From Octopus vulgaris (Eukaryota), in NCBI GenBank assembly GCA_951406725.2, contig OX597820.1, positions 15,686,001-15,750,000 of the forward strand: a DNA stretch of 64,000 bases. The letters are read 5' to 3'. Shown here piece by piece: positions 28,657 through 40,919 of this stretch. The notes beneath the pieces are model-generated. The model did not search any database, was not told the DNA's origin, and saw only the letters and a program-made list of their open reading frames with translations. A program made the position numbers and the translations under genes. Each line of letters starts with the position of its first letter. The stretch's first letter is position 1.

Positions 28657-29048
28657 TCTCTCTCTATATAAAGCTGAAGTTGTCTGTGTATGGCAGGTTT
28701 GGTAGCCTTCAACTAACACTATCTCCTCTGAGACCCTGCAGCATAGGTTGACCAAAATTGAGAGTATGATAGAAGAAGACTTGCTCTTCCTTCCGTAGAA
28801 GAAAAAATTCAAATCAGACCATGTTAATACCAAAAATTATTTACATCAAAAAGGTGCTTTTTTTCTATGAAAATCCCTATTTTTTACGATTTTTTGACTG
28901 CTGTGTTGCCATTTTTAGGTGTATTTCAACCAGAAAAATGTTCACTTAAAGAGAATAACAAGCTACATAATGCAAAATTTTTACTTTTCAAAAATTCCAA
29001 TTCTAAAGGGTCGAAACGAACCTGAGCAACGCCGGGCAATACTGCTAG
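28657..29048 (+). mobile_element. Non-autonomous Helitron
   Basis: A|TC 5' end, subterminal GC hairpin cctgagcaacgccggg, CTAG|T 3' end. Confidence 0.85.
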
Positions 29049-29874
29049 TTAATGAAAAGGTTAAGTACGTGAATGAAGATGAAAAGTAAGTCATGCATTT
29101 CGTGTTTGTACATAAGATTTAACAAAACATGTGTTTACCCAGGTATAAGAAAATAAAACTATTTTTGGACAAAGAGTGACTCAACATTTAGTCATATACC
29201 CAGATTTAATGAACTTAAAGTAAATACTTCCGCTATGGATAGATAAGTTTTAAATAACTGAACTTCAGAGGTATAGGCTAAATTAAAGTCAGGTTTTGGC
29301 AGTCAAGTGTTGTATGAAAACAAAAATCACAACGATGAGTAAATTCGGCCGTAATTAAAACATTGTGAACATATGAGAATACATTAGAATCTGTCTATAT
29401 ATGTTGTATGCTTCATAAACAGAGAGCAAAGATATCAGAGATAATTTAGGTCTGAGCATGAATTTAAGCAGTTATGTATTACATTTTGTCCTGAAACAAA
29501 AACATGTTATTCAAGTTGAGATTTCATTCAAGCAGAGATAAATTTGTTGTTTTTATTCAGAAAACCAGCAGCAATCTCCACATCTTATTAATTCTATAAT
29601 ATTACTCTTGAGAGAAATATGAGTCAAATCATTTATTAATAATTATTTATATCTCCTTTGCTGAAGAAATTTAATCTCATACTTCCTCCAAATAATGTTT
29701 ATCTTCCCAATAAAAATGCCCTATTATAAAATAATTTAACTCTGATTTATTTGGGGGCGATTCAGTCAACTAGAATTCCCCAAGGCGGTGCCTTACCATG
29801 GTCAAAATTTAATGACTGAGGCAAGTAAAAAGATCTAAAGATAAACAGTAATTACAGTATAATATATGTACCAC

Positions 29875-30416
29875 TGTGGAGGCGTGTGGCTTAGTGGTTA
29901 GGGTGTCAGCATCATGATCGTAAGATTGCGGTTTCGATTCCTGGACCGGGCGACACGTTGTGTTCTTGAGCAAAACACTTCATTTCGCGTTGCTCTAGTC
30001 CACTCAGCTGGCAAAAATGAGTAACGCTGCGATGGACTGGCGTCCCGTCCAGCAGGGGAACACATACACCATAGAAACCGGGAAACTGGGCCCATGAGCC
30101 TGGCTAGGCTTTAAAATGGTGCATTGTGGAGGCGCAATGGCCCAGTGGTTAGGGTAGCAGACTCGCAGTTTCGATTTCCAGACCGAGTGTTATGTGTGTT
30201 TATTGAGTGAAAACACCTAAAAGCTCCATGAGGCTCCAGCAGGGGGTGGTGGCGATCCCTGTTGTACTCTTTCGCCACAACTTTCTCCAGTTTCTTCCTG
30301 TTTCTTGAGTAACGCTGCAATGGACTGGTGTCCTGTCCAACTGGGAGGGATCACATACGCCACAGAAACCGGGAAACTGGGCCCATGAGCCTGGCTAGGC
30401 TTGAAAAGGACGACGT
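29875..30416 (+). mobile_element. Dimeric SINE with V-domain-like body
   Basis: Two tRNA-like heads, each followed by tgc(g/a)atggactgg(c/t)gtcc(c/t)gtcca and the same tail; 12-bp TSD tatatgtaccac at 29863 and 30417. Confidence 0.8.
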
Positions 30417-31339
30417 TATATGTACCACCACATTTTCTTTTTTCCAAGTGGGGTAACCATGTATCTGCCCTACAGCAAGACATGTACCTGTGTCTCTATC
30501 ATACTTTAACCTCTCATAAAGCCACCACCCTCAATATTACTCCTCATTCACTTGAGAGATCTTGCCTTGAAAGTTATTTGGTGACTTCATTAGTGTTGGT
30601 GCCATGTAAAAAGCACCAGTACACACTGCAAAATGGTTGGCATTAGGAAGGGCATCCAACCATATGAAACCATACTAAAACAGATATTAGGGCCTGACAC
30701 AGTCTTCTGGTTTGCCAGTCCTGTTGAACTGTCCAACCCATGCCAGCATGGAAATCTGACGTTAAATGATGATTGTGTCATTTGTAAATCATCATGATGA
30801 TCATTATCTCTTTTTCAGGTGTTAAAGGCTGACATGACTTGGATGGTTTGATAGGATCCAGCAAGTTGCAGGACTGCACCAAGCTCTAATGTCAGTTTTA
30901 GTATGGTTTCTAAGGCTGGATGCCCTTCCTAACACCAACCACTTTACAGTGTGTACTGGGTGCTTTTTTTTTAAAAAAAAAAGACACTGGTACTAATGAG
31001 GGCGCCAAGTAACTTGCAAGATAGGAAGAAAAAGAAAAAAATGTTTTATTATTTTTCTCAAAAATTATATAAATCTTGATCAACTTTGCTAATCTTCCAA
31101 TGTTTGTAACACAGGCAGCTTTTTGATACATTGTACAAACCTGGATGAGGCTTGTGTAATTAAAGTGTACACACAAATCCAGGTAAAAGAAGTCACAGGA
31201 AAAAAAAATCACAGGGGTTTTGTTCGAGGGGGTTTCGTCCTAGTGGGGTTTTGTCTGGATCCCATAAAATAATTGTGACTCTTTTTCCTGTAACTTTATT
31301 ACCTTTTACTGGTCACCATACACACACACACACAACATC

Positions 31340-31740
31340 GGATCTTTTCAGTTTGAACGGCAGTTTTTTCTAGCGGTGTCAAATGAAATTATCACCCGTA
31401 ATTATGACCCTAGTATCAATCTATTGCATTTCAATCTCTTTTAGGGTTAGGGGTGGGGGGAAGGGTATCTTTTTTCTTCACAAATGTAAATAAACCCAAT
31501 CTGTTTCTTAAAACAGGGACATATTCATACGGCACAGAATTTTTTTTACCTCAATAGACGTCAGTGATTGGTTGAAATTGAAGAAAAACAAAAACAAATA
31601 TCTTACAAACTATAGAATTTTCTCAATAAAGCCAAAAGAAAAAGATGTTTTATAAACACATTCTACCAGTATACGAAGTTTAAAATTTTTTAGTTACCTA
31701 GAAATTATGTTAAAAACTGCTGTTCAAACCGAAAAGATCC
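31340..31740. mobile_element. MITE with GGATC termini (Merlin-like)
   Basis: ~29-bp TIR ggatcttttc(a/g)gtttgaac(g/a)gcagttttt; TSD unclear. Confidence 0.75.
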
Positions 31741-32172
31741 CAAGACTCTTTATATAATGCATGGGGGTAGATTGTTCTCATCCCTAGTACAACAATAACA
31801 CGAGAACAATCTACTTGCATGGATTTAATAAAAGGTTCGATTGCAAGAACGTTTCCAAATAGGACAGACACCTGGAAAAAGACAAGGTATGACAGCCAAA
31901 ATATTGCTGCAATAACAACCAAGATGTGAACACAAGTCCGAAGTTCTAACCTAAATATAAGATTAGAAAAAAAAAAGAATCATAAAAATAGCTAAGTCGA
32001 TTATATATCGATATTTATACTCGGTTGGTACTTTTATCTTATCGATTCCAGAAAGATGAAAGGCAAAATTGATTTTGGCGGGATTTAAACATTAAGGAGA
32101 CTGAAATAAATACCACAAAACATTTTATTCAATGTTGTGCTGATTCTACCATACCATCGCCTTATTTATAAC

Positions 32173-32808
32173 AAGCAGTAATGCCCGGCGTTAATCGGGT
32201 TTGTTTCGACCCTTTAGAATCGGAATTTTTGAAAAGTAAAAATTTGGCATTATGTAGCTTGTTAGGATCTTTAAGTGAACATTTTTCTGATTGAAATACA
32301 ATGAAAAATAGCGACACAGCAGTCAAAAAAACGTTAAAAAATAGGGATTTTCATAGAAAAAAAAGCACCTTTTTGATGTAAATAATTTTTGGTGTTAACA
32401 TGGTCCAATTTGAATTTTTTCTTCTATGGAAGGAAGAGCAAGCCTTCTTCTATCATACTCTCAATTTTGGTCAACTTGCACCGCAGGGTCTCGGAGGAGA
32501 TCGGGTTAGTTAAAGGCTACCAAACCTGCCATACACAGACAACTTCAGCTTTATATATTGAGAGATTTCATTCATTTACATCATTTACCTTCTCTTACTC
32601 TTCTGCACTATATTCATTCATTCTCTTTCACACCATGTTCACTTATTTTCTTTCTCAATCCTTCAATTTTTTTTTTCTACGGAAGGAAGAGCAAGCCCTC
32701 TTCTATCATACTCTCAATTTTGGTCAACTTGCGCCGCAGGGTCTCGGAGGAAATAGTTTTAGTTGGAGGCTACCAAACCTGCCATACACAGACAACTTCA
32801 GCTTTATT
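32173..32808 (-). mobile_element. Helitron copy, captured flank and partial second Helitron 5' end
   Basis: Inverted relative to 28657-29048; 32566-32663 matches the flank at 28555-28656. Confidence 0.85.
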
Positions 32809-33224
32809 TACTCTTTACTCTTACTTATTTCAGTCATTTGACTGCGGCCATGCTGGAGCACCGCCTTTAGTCGAGCAAATCGACCCCGGAACTTATTCTT
32901 TGTAAGTCCAGTACTTATTCTATCGGTATCTTTTACCGAACCGCTAAGTGACGGGGACATAAACACACCAGCATCGGTTGTCAAGCAATGCTAGGGAGAC
33001 AAACACAGACACACAAACACATACACACACATACATACATATATACGACAGGCTTCTTTCAGTTTCCGTCTACCAAATTCACTCACAAGGCAGGCATTGG
33101 TCGACCCGGGGCTATAGCAGAAGACACTTGCCCAAGATGCCACGAGAGAGATTTATCGAAAATCATCGTCTCAGAAATTCATACAAAAATCATAGCTGAA
33201 TCCCACGAAAACATCAAAAACAAC

Positions 33225-33272
33225 CTCTCTTGCTCCTTTCCTGGTGGTAAAGGTGTCTTCAGTCACGTCCAT
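33225..33272 (-). CDS. Candidate alternative first coding exon (MDVTEDTFTTRKGARE)
   Basis: gggATGg context, 16 open codons, GAG|gttgtt (weak donor), phase 0; aaaattggcggc just upstream. Confidence 0.35.
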
Positions 33273-33467
33273 CCCAGTGGGGCCCTAATGTATTTGCCGC
33301 CAATTTTAGCATCCACGAATACAGACAATAAATTATATTTATCTTCAAATTTCATCTCTTTATGTATTTTTTTATCACATAGAATTTACTGTAAATTTAC
33401 TTTTCTGTGATACATTGCCGAAATAAATAGAGGATTTGAATTTTTTCTAATAAAACAATAAGCTTAC

Positions 33468-33500
33468 CTCGGACAACTCCAATATCAATGAGACAGACAT
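33468..33500 (-). CDS. Candidate alternative first coding exon (MSVSLILELSE)
   Basis: acaATG, 11 codons, GAG|gtaagc donor, phase 0. Confidence 0.4.
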
Positions 33501-34168
33501 TGTTATGTAATATTTCATCTTTATATAATTAAACCCTGCCGGGATCAAAACTGCATTTAATTCTTTGGATTTCAATACAATAACTACTGATAATATATCA
33601 TAGATGATTCAATGAACTACATATATACTCTTGTATATATACTATATATACATACCTGTCTTCGTCATTTTTGTTTGTTTGTTAAAGCAATGGCTTGACC
33701 AACATAGAGGGTGACAATTACTGCTGTTATTACACATTAAAATAATTGGTACATAACATTTATTTGTTCAAATTTGGATATATTCAAAGTATACAAAAAT
33801 GGTGTTTTAGTATGAACTTTTTGTGATGACGAAAAAAAAAGAAAAAGCGATCAAATTTTCTTGGTGAATTTCAATCTTTCTTTGCAAATGCAACAGGAAA
33901 AGGCATGATTGTCTCTACATATCTCTTGACTTTCTCTAAAAAAACAACCAAGTTTCTTTCATTCATGTCTGTATCAGCGAAATGCAACAAAACAATATAT
34001 GTTCATGTGTTTCAACAATTGAAGCCAAACGTAAGACGAGAAGTCGATCGTGAAAAAATCTGTATCAAATTGCTAATTCAAACACTAATCTTGATAATAA
34101 AATAAAATAAAATATACTAAAACGAAAATTTACAGTGAATTACTAATAAAAAGATCATGTTAACTTAC

Positions 34169-34192
34169 CCGAATTCCAAAAATTTGTCGCAT
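34169..34192 (-). CDS. Candidate alternative first coding exon (MRQIFGIR)
   Basis: gaaATG, 8 codons, CGG|gtaagt donor, phase 0. Confidence 0.35.
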
Positions 34193-34570
34193 TTCTTGAA
34201 ATCTTTGTCGAAGAGACTCAGCAGCTGAAGTGAAATGGTTTCCGCTTGTTTTGAGCAGACGATAATGATATCTTGCTTCGTTTTGTATTTTTGTAATTCT
34301 TTCTTTATTTTTTCTTATAGAATTACATAAAAATTAATGTAATGGAAGACAATAGCACTGAAATAAATGTCTACATAATAAATGCGAACACACAACTTGT
34401 TTTAAGTTATGACACTGTTGTGGCGCTTTTGCTTTCTGTGGCGGGAAAATGATGACCAAACTAAAATTACTTCGTTAAATTATATCGAATTTTTAAGATT
34501 TTTTTTTTTTCAGATAATTAATTACAATATATTTTTAGAGGAAGAAGATAAAAACATAACTTCAATTAAA

Positions 34571-34683
34571 TTATACGGCCATACCACGTTGGATGTATCT
34601 CGACCGATCACCGAAGTTAGGCAACGTCGAACCTAGTTAGTACTTAGGGTAACCGCTTGGGAAACCTAGATGCTGTGAGCATT
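34571..34683 (+). pseudogene. 5S rRNA pseudogene
   Basis: tacggccataccacgttg...ctcgaccgatcaccgaagttaggcaacgtcga.cctagttagtactt...accgcttgggaa.cctagatgctgt matches metazoan 5S; small deletions near the 5' loop and in box C. Confidence 0.9.
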
Positions 34684-35371
34684 TCACTTTTATATAGGCG
34701 TAGGTGTGATTGTGATAAGAAGTTTGCTTCCTAACCACATGGTTTAGTCCCACTGCGTGGAACATTGGGCAGGTGTCTTCTACTATGCCCCCAGGCTTAC
34801 CAAAGTTTGTGAGTGGATACGTATGTGTGTGTGTATGTGCCCAATTGATGTTGGTGTGTTTATGACCCCGTAACGTAGCGGTTCGGCAAAAGAGGCGATA
34901 GAATAAGAACCAGCCTTAAAAAAGAAAAGAAAAATCTAGTGGGGTCGATTCATTCGACAAAAGAACCCCCCCAGCAAGGCCGCAGTCTAATGACTGAAAC
35001 AAGTAAAAAAAAATAAAAGTTTTAATTGTCGTCTGCTATAAAGTAACGTTTTTCACTGTCGTCTGCTATAAAGTTACTAAGTTACCAAGGTTCACATTTA
35101 TATACCACACAATGGAAAGTATATACAAATATATTTGGGATGATGAATGTAAATAATAGATTTCCGTTGGTTTCAATAACTATTCGTTCGTTCGACCTTC
35201 TCATTGATAAGTGAAAACCCCACAGACATTCTTAACGTAAATCTCTGTCAAAATAACGACACGCAATGTGACATGGCTGCACCATTAAATTACGTGCACA
35301 GTCCACACGATGAGCTTCAACACAATTCCCGTCTCCCAATGTCATTCACGAGAATATTCTTTTTATATAAA

Positions 35372-35533
35372 TTACATATAATAGAAAAATTAAAATTAAA
35401 ATAACAATAAAATGTCAAAGACTAAGTAAATTGCAAAAAATAAAAATAAACGTTTGTATTACTATTTTTTGCAATTTACTTAATCTTTGACATTTCATTG
35501 TTATTTTAATTTTAATTTTTCTATTATATGTAA
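35372..35533. repeat. Near-perfect AT-rich palindrome (~70-bp arms)
   Basis: Arms are reverse complements with about 2 mismatches. Confidence 0.9.
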
Positions 35534-35593
35534 ATTTCTAGATGGTGTAATTTAATTCTTCATTTTGAATTGATAGAAGGTGTTTTTTTTCTA

Positions 35594-35653
<60 letters not shown>

Positions 35654-35688
35654 GTAAATGTAATATGTGACAATTATTCGGTAGCCAT

Positions 35689-35749
35689 GATAAAACTCCG
35701 AGTTTCGGATGCCGAGGTAGAAATCCACGCCGCTATCTCTTCAGTTATC
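35689..35749 (-). ncRNA. Type I hammerhead ribozyme motif, canonical core
   Basis: GATAA-CUGAAGA-(imperfect stem II)-GAAA-CUCGGAG-UU-UUAUC; stem I 5 bp, stem III ACUC/GAGU; in an element between (TA)n tracts. Confidence 0.7.
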
Positions 35750-35982
35750 CGACCATCGGAAAAATGCTTACCATTTTTATCAATATATATATATAATTGT
35801 TAAATTTCTAAATTTATATAAATTATTTTATGTATTGGCTTAAGTCTTTCTTTGTTTGATTTGCATAATAGTGGTTTTATCTCTAATTTAATATAATATA
35901 ATATTTTACTATAAAATTGGATTCAATCCTAAATCTGATTTTTCCCTGTAAATTTGGATTTATTCCCTAATATTTATTATTA

Positions 35983-36024
<42 letters not shown>

Positions 36025-38123
36025 CGGACCTTCAGTTACTCTGTTACTTCTGCTAAATATATTAATGTATGTATGTATGTATGTATGTATGTATGTATGT
36101 TTAGTAAATTAGGAGAACAGAGATTTACATATCCAGGTTTTATAAATCACATCTTTCCAAGTCAGTACCTACATATGTTTCCGTTGCAGGCATCAGACTG
36201 CGGCCATGCTGGGGCATCGCCTTGAAGAATTCTTAGTCGAATGGATCGACCCCAGTACGTTTTATTTTAAAGCCAGGTACTTAGTCTGTCAGTTTCTTTC
36301 ACCGAACCGCTACGTTACGGGAACGTAAACAAAGCAACACCGATTAAGCGGTGGTGGAATACACGCACACATACACACACACACGATAAGCTTCTTTCAT
36401 TTTTCGTCAACCACGTATATTTTTGGTTTTCTGTATTCACTTTAATTAACGATGTCTGGAAAAAAGTTGCAGAAAAACGTCACATTTTATTTAAAGACTA
36501 TAAACAGTAATGAAACAAAAAATATTTTAAATTAGTTTTATTAACTGACAGTACACGACTTGTACACAATTTATATACAATGACACTACACATTTTTTAT
36601 TTTTCTTTTTTCTTTTACTTGTTTCAGACATTTGACTACGGCCATGTTGGAGCACCGCCTTTAGTCGAACAAATCGACCCGAGGACTTATTCTTTGTAAG
36701 CCTAGAACTTATTCTATCGGTCTTTTTGCCGAACCACTAAGTTACGGGGACATGAACACAACAACATTAGTTGTCAAGCGATGGTGGGGGGACAAACACA
36801 CACACACACATACATACGACGGGCTTCTTTCAGTTTCCGTCTACCAAATGAACTCACAAGGCTTTGGTCGGCCCGAGGCTGTTGTAGAAGACACTTGGCC
36901 AAGGTGCCAGGCAGTGGGACTGAACCCAGAGCTATGTGGTTGGTAAGCAAGCTACTTACCACACACACACAAAAACTTTTATTCAATTTCGCAAGACAAT
37001 GAAACAAAAAAATATAAGCGACATTGACAATACATGAGCTGTACATCGTGGCATTAATATTTAGTATTTTTATTTATGCTAAGATAATTTTTTCCAGCCG
37101 ATGCTACAAAGAAACTTTGCTACAGACTTGGCATTTTTGCGTCAAGCTATGAAGGTGTTCTTGTAGTATAGTGCCAATCAATTCCTTCTTTGAGGTGGGT
37201 TACCAATAGCACTCAAACTTTTTCCTGGTTTCAAACGTACAATTGTGTGCTTTGCCCTCGTTTTTCCTCTTTCGACCATATCATATTACTCTATTGGGTA
37301 AAGTAAATGTCAATAGTGCTGGAGATGCATAGTGGCCTACCATTTGACATTTTTCTGTAAGGAATACATGCATAGCTGCAAGACAGCGGTCCCCTGACTA
37401 AAAGAAAATCCGGCGATTCCTTCTTTCAAAATACTTATGCATTTATTTATCTGTAACGAAAGATGGAGGACTGATTTATCGCTCGACTCGCTAGAAATAG
37501 CAGCCAAATTCCCCACAATAGTCTAAAACGGGGCCGTTTAGTCTAAAGAGATGAGATGGTCACTGTTGGAACGCTTTTGATCATAGTTAATTTTAATGAG
37601 ATTAAAGCAACATACACTCAGTATTATATAATTGTTTCGAATTTTGGCACAAGACCAGCAAATTAAGGAGGCAGGTGTAAGTCCATTACATCAACCCCCG
37701 GTCCCCAAAAGGATGAAAGGCAAAATCGAACTTGCCGGGATTTGACTGTACAGCGTAAAGAACCAGAAAAGAATATCGCGAAGCATTATGTTCTGCGCGC
37801 TATTTCGAAAGTCTCATAGTATTTGAACTGCTGAATTCTTGGTTGATGGAAAAAGTGCGTATGGAGTTTATAAGAAAGATTTGAAGGGATATTAAATCTC
37901 AAAAGTCTTAATCTTTAACTACATTAATTTCTTTTCGAAGTAAAATCAATTATATTATACTAGCGGTAGGTTGACTATGAACTTCAAAATTCCATTTCTT
38001 TTAAATTGTTATAAATTGCGGTGAAGGCCATAGCGCAGACATTTTGGCGATTATTTTCTGTCGAAATTAAACGAAAATATATAAACTCAATAAGTGTAAG
38101 ACTGTATTGTATATCATTAATAT

Positions 38124-38443
38124 GAATGCTATTAACAATAAGAATTTTTAATGACTTTTTAAGATTTTATTTTCGTTATTATCCGGGGACATTATGACAT
38201 TATATCAACATTATGGCAGCCATTGGTAACCATTTTAATACGAATTCTTTTGACAATAAGAATTGGGTTTTTAATTTTTTTTTATTTTTCTAATTACCCG
38301 GAGACATGTACGACATCATGAACATTGTGGCAGTCAGTGGTAATTCTGCGAATGCTTTTAACAATAAGAATTATAACTTATTTTATTTTCTGGGGACATG
38401 AACGACATTATCAGTATAGTAAAGTATGGTAGCTGTTGGTAAC
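38124..38443. repeat. Diverged tandem repeat, ~105-120 bp x3
   Basis: Recurring acaataagaatt ... gg(g/a)gacat...gacat ... tgg(c/t)ag....tggtaa. Confidence 0.75.
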
Positions 38444-38523
38444 CATAATGTATTATTTTATATCAATAACATAAATGAATATGTGATTCCGAGAACGGTG
38501 GTGATATTGTAGAAATAGATCTG

Positions 38524-38743
38524 GGTACTACTAGCGAACAGTGGTCCCGGTGTGCGCACTCGCGCATCCGCGCTAGCTAGTCGAAAGTAGTCGATCCTAC
38601 AACGACTTGCGCGTATGTTTGTATTTCAAGGCTGAATACATATAAAAGAAAATTTAATATTTTTCGAACAAAGTAAATAAAACGCAAAGTAAATAATTTT
38701 TTAAACTAATAAATTATTTTTATAAACAAACTAAGGTTAGGGT

Positions 38744-38745
<2 letters not shown>
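38524..38745. mobile_element. Truncated relative of the 44421 MITE
   Basis: ggtactac...ggtcccggtg...cactcgcgcatccgcgctagctag...tagtcgatcctacaacgact; only one TIR present. Confidence 0.75.
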
Positions 38746-38776
<31 letters not shown>

Positions 38777-39140
38777 TGTGTACAGTGCTCAGGTGCACTA
38801 CAACTCATCTAAAGTGTATATATAATCAGGTGTAATTTCGACGGATTTCGGGAAGCATGAGGGCCTTAAAGGATGCAGTGTCATGGCAGTCAACAACTGA
38901 TGCAGGCAGTTTATTCCACGCTTCAGCAACCCTGAGCGTGAAAAAATGTTTCCGAAAGTCATGGGAGCTGTGCTGTTTTCTGACTTTGTAGGCATGTCCA
39001 CGTGTGTTAGACACATGGAGATCAAAAAGGTGTTCAGTGTTGTTGTTGGTGAGGTGGTTGATAACCTTGTGGGTTTTTACCAAGTCCGTCGCCAGACGCC
39101 GGAGCTTCAGTGAATCCATGCCCAGGGAAACAAGGCGTTA
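38745..39140 (-). mobile_element. CR1/L2-group LINE 3' end
   Basis: ORF 38826..39119 contains SLKLRRL..DL...TRGH..K...FRKHFF..RV..AWNKLP..VV; (TTA)n tail. Confidence 0.9.
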
Positions 39141-40318
39141 AAAAGTCGTTGAGCTAAGTTTCTGTGTACAGTTCGTCTGTCACGAATCCTGCCCCACACT
39201 ACTGTATTAAGTTGTTTTGTTTTTTATTTAATTGTATTTTAAAATCTAATTCAGATTTCTTTCTTTTGGTACATATTGAGATAATCTGATATTAATTATT
39301 TTGTCTTTGATATTCTTGTTGCCAGTACCACCTGACTGGCCCTTGTGCCGGTGACACGTAAAAGCACTCACTACACTCTTGTGTAGTTGTTGGCATTAGG
39401 AAGGGCATCCAGCTGTAGAAACTCTGCCAGATCAGATTGGAGCCTGTTGCAGCCATCTAGTTCACCAGTCCCCAGTCAAACCATCCAACCCATGCCAGCA
39501 TGTAAAGCAGACGTTAAACGGTGATGATGATGATGATGATGAAAGACACTTTATTTCTCATTGCTCCAGTCCACTTGGCTGGCAAAAGTGAGTCATACCA
39601 ATATTTCAAAGGGCCAGCCTTATCACATTCTGTGTCATGCTGAATCTCTTGAAGAACTACATTAAGGACGTGTGTGTCTGTGGAGTGCTCAGCCACTTGC
39701 ATGCTAATTTCATGAGCAGGTTTTTCTGCTGATTGAACCAACTGAAACCCTTGTCGCTGTAATCAACAGAGTGGCAGTTTTACTGTTTATAAAATGTGAA
39801 ATAATTACTCTGGGAATATAAACTTCATGCAATGTTTAACACATATATTTACTCTGTGGATGACAATATATTTCCTGATTATATATTTGGCATAATAATG
39901 TTTTGACTTGTGCTGTGACTATCAGGTATTCAGATTACAGGTGAGGTATTTACTATAAAATAAGTAACTAATTTATAACTTGTATTGGGTGATCCTTTTT
40001 TGTGACAGTTACCATGCAGCTTACAAGATTATAAACCCTGCGGGGTCAGCTGGAGTAGCTTTATAAAAGGAGATGAGGGGCTAAAGTATGAAAGAAATCT
40101 GATTTCTTTCAGAGATTTACAAGACTACTCACACTTAGAAGAGAGGCACCACATAAAAAGCACCTTTACTGGTTCTACATAAAAAGCACTCAGTAAATGC
40201 TGTAAAATGATTGCATTAGGAAGGGCATCCAGCTGTAAAAATCACATCAAAGCAGATGATCAGAGCCTGGTGCAGTTCTCTGGCTCGGCAGCTCTTGTCA
40301 AACTGTCCAAAACATACC

Positions 40319-40919
40319 TGTTTCTTTACTGCCCACAAGGGGCTACACACAGAGAGGATAAACAAGAACAGACAAACGGATTAAGTCGATTATATCAACC
40401 CCAGTGCGTAACTGGTACTTATTTCATCAACCCCGAAAGGATGAAAGGCAAAGTCGACCTCGGCGGAATTTGAACTCAGAACATAGTGGCAGACGAAATA
40501 CCTATTTCTTTACTATCCACAAGGGGCTACACACAGAGGGGACAAACAAGGACAGACAAACGGATTAAGTCGATTATATCGACGCCAGTGTGTAACTGGT
40601 ATTTATTTAATCGACCCCGAAAGGATGAAAGGCAAAATCGACCTCGGCGGAATTTGAACTCAGAACGTAGTGGCAGACGAAATACTTATTTCTTTACTAT
40701 CCACAAGGGGCTACACACAGAGGGGACAAACAAGGACAGACAAATGGATTAAGTCAATTATATCGACGCCAGTGCGTAAATGGTACTTATTTAATCGACC
40801 CCGAAAGGATGAAAGGCAAAATCAACCTCGGTGGAATTTGAACTCAGAACATAACGGCAGATGAAGTACCGCTAAGCATTTCGCCCGGCGTGCTAACGTT
40901 TCTGTCAGCTTGCCGCCTT
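40319..40919 (-). mobile_element. SINE family A trimer with 16-bp TSD
   Basis: Three ~184-bp units, one head; TSD ctgtccaaaacatacc at 40303 and 40920. Confidence 0.9.

Noticed and set aside
29875-29950. tRNA gene
   Set aside because: A/B-box head runs straight into a SINE body with a TSD; the same holds for the other tRNA-like heads.
33165-33330. Structured ncRNA (SRP-like CCAGGAAAGGAGCA, end-to-end pairing)
   Set aside because: Only a partial motif with weak AU/GU pairing; better explained as a candidate exon.
40319-40919. CRISPR-like regular array
   Set aside because: Units are whole SINE bodies with no unique spacers, in a eukaryotic context without cas genes.
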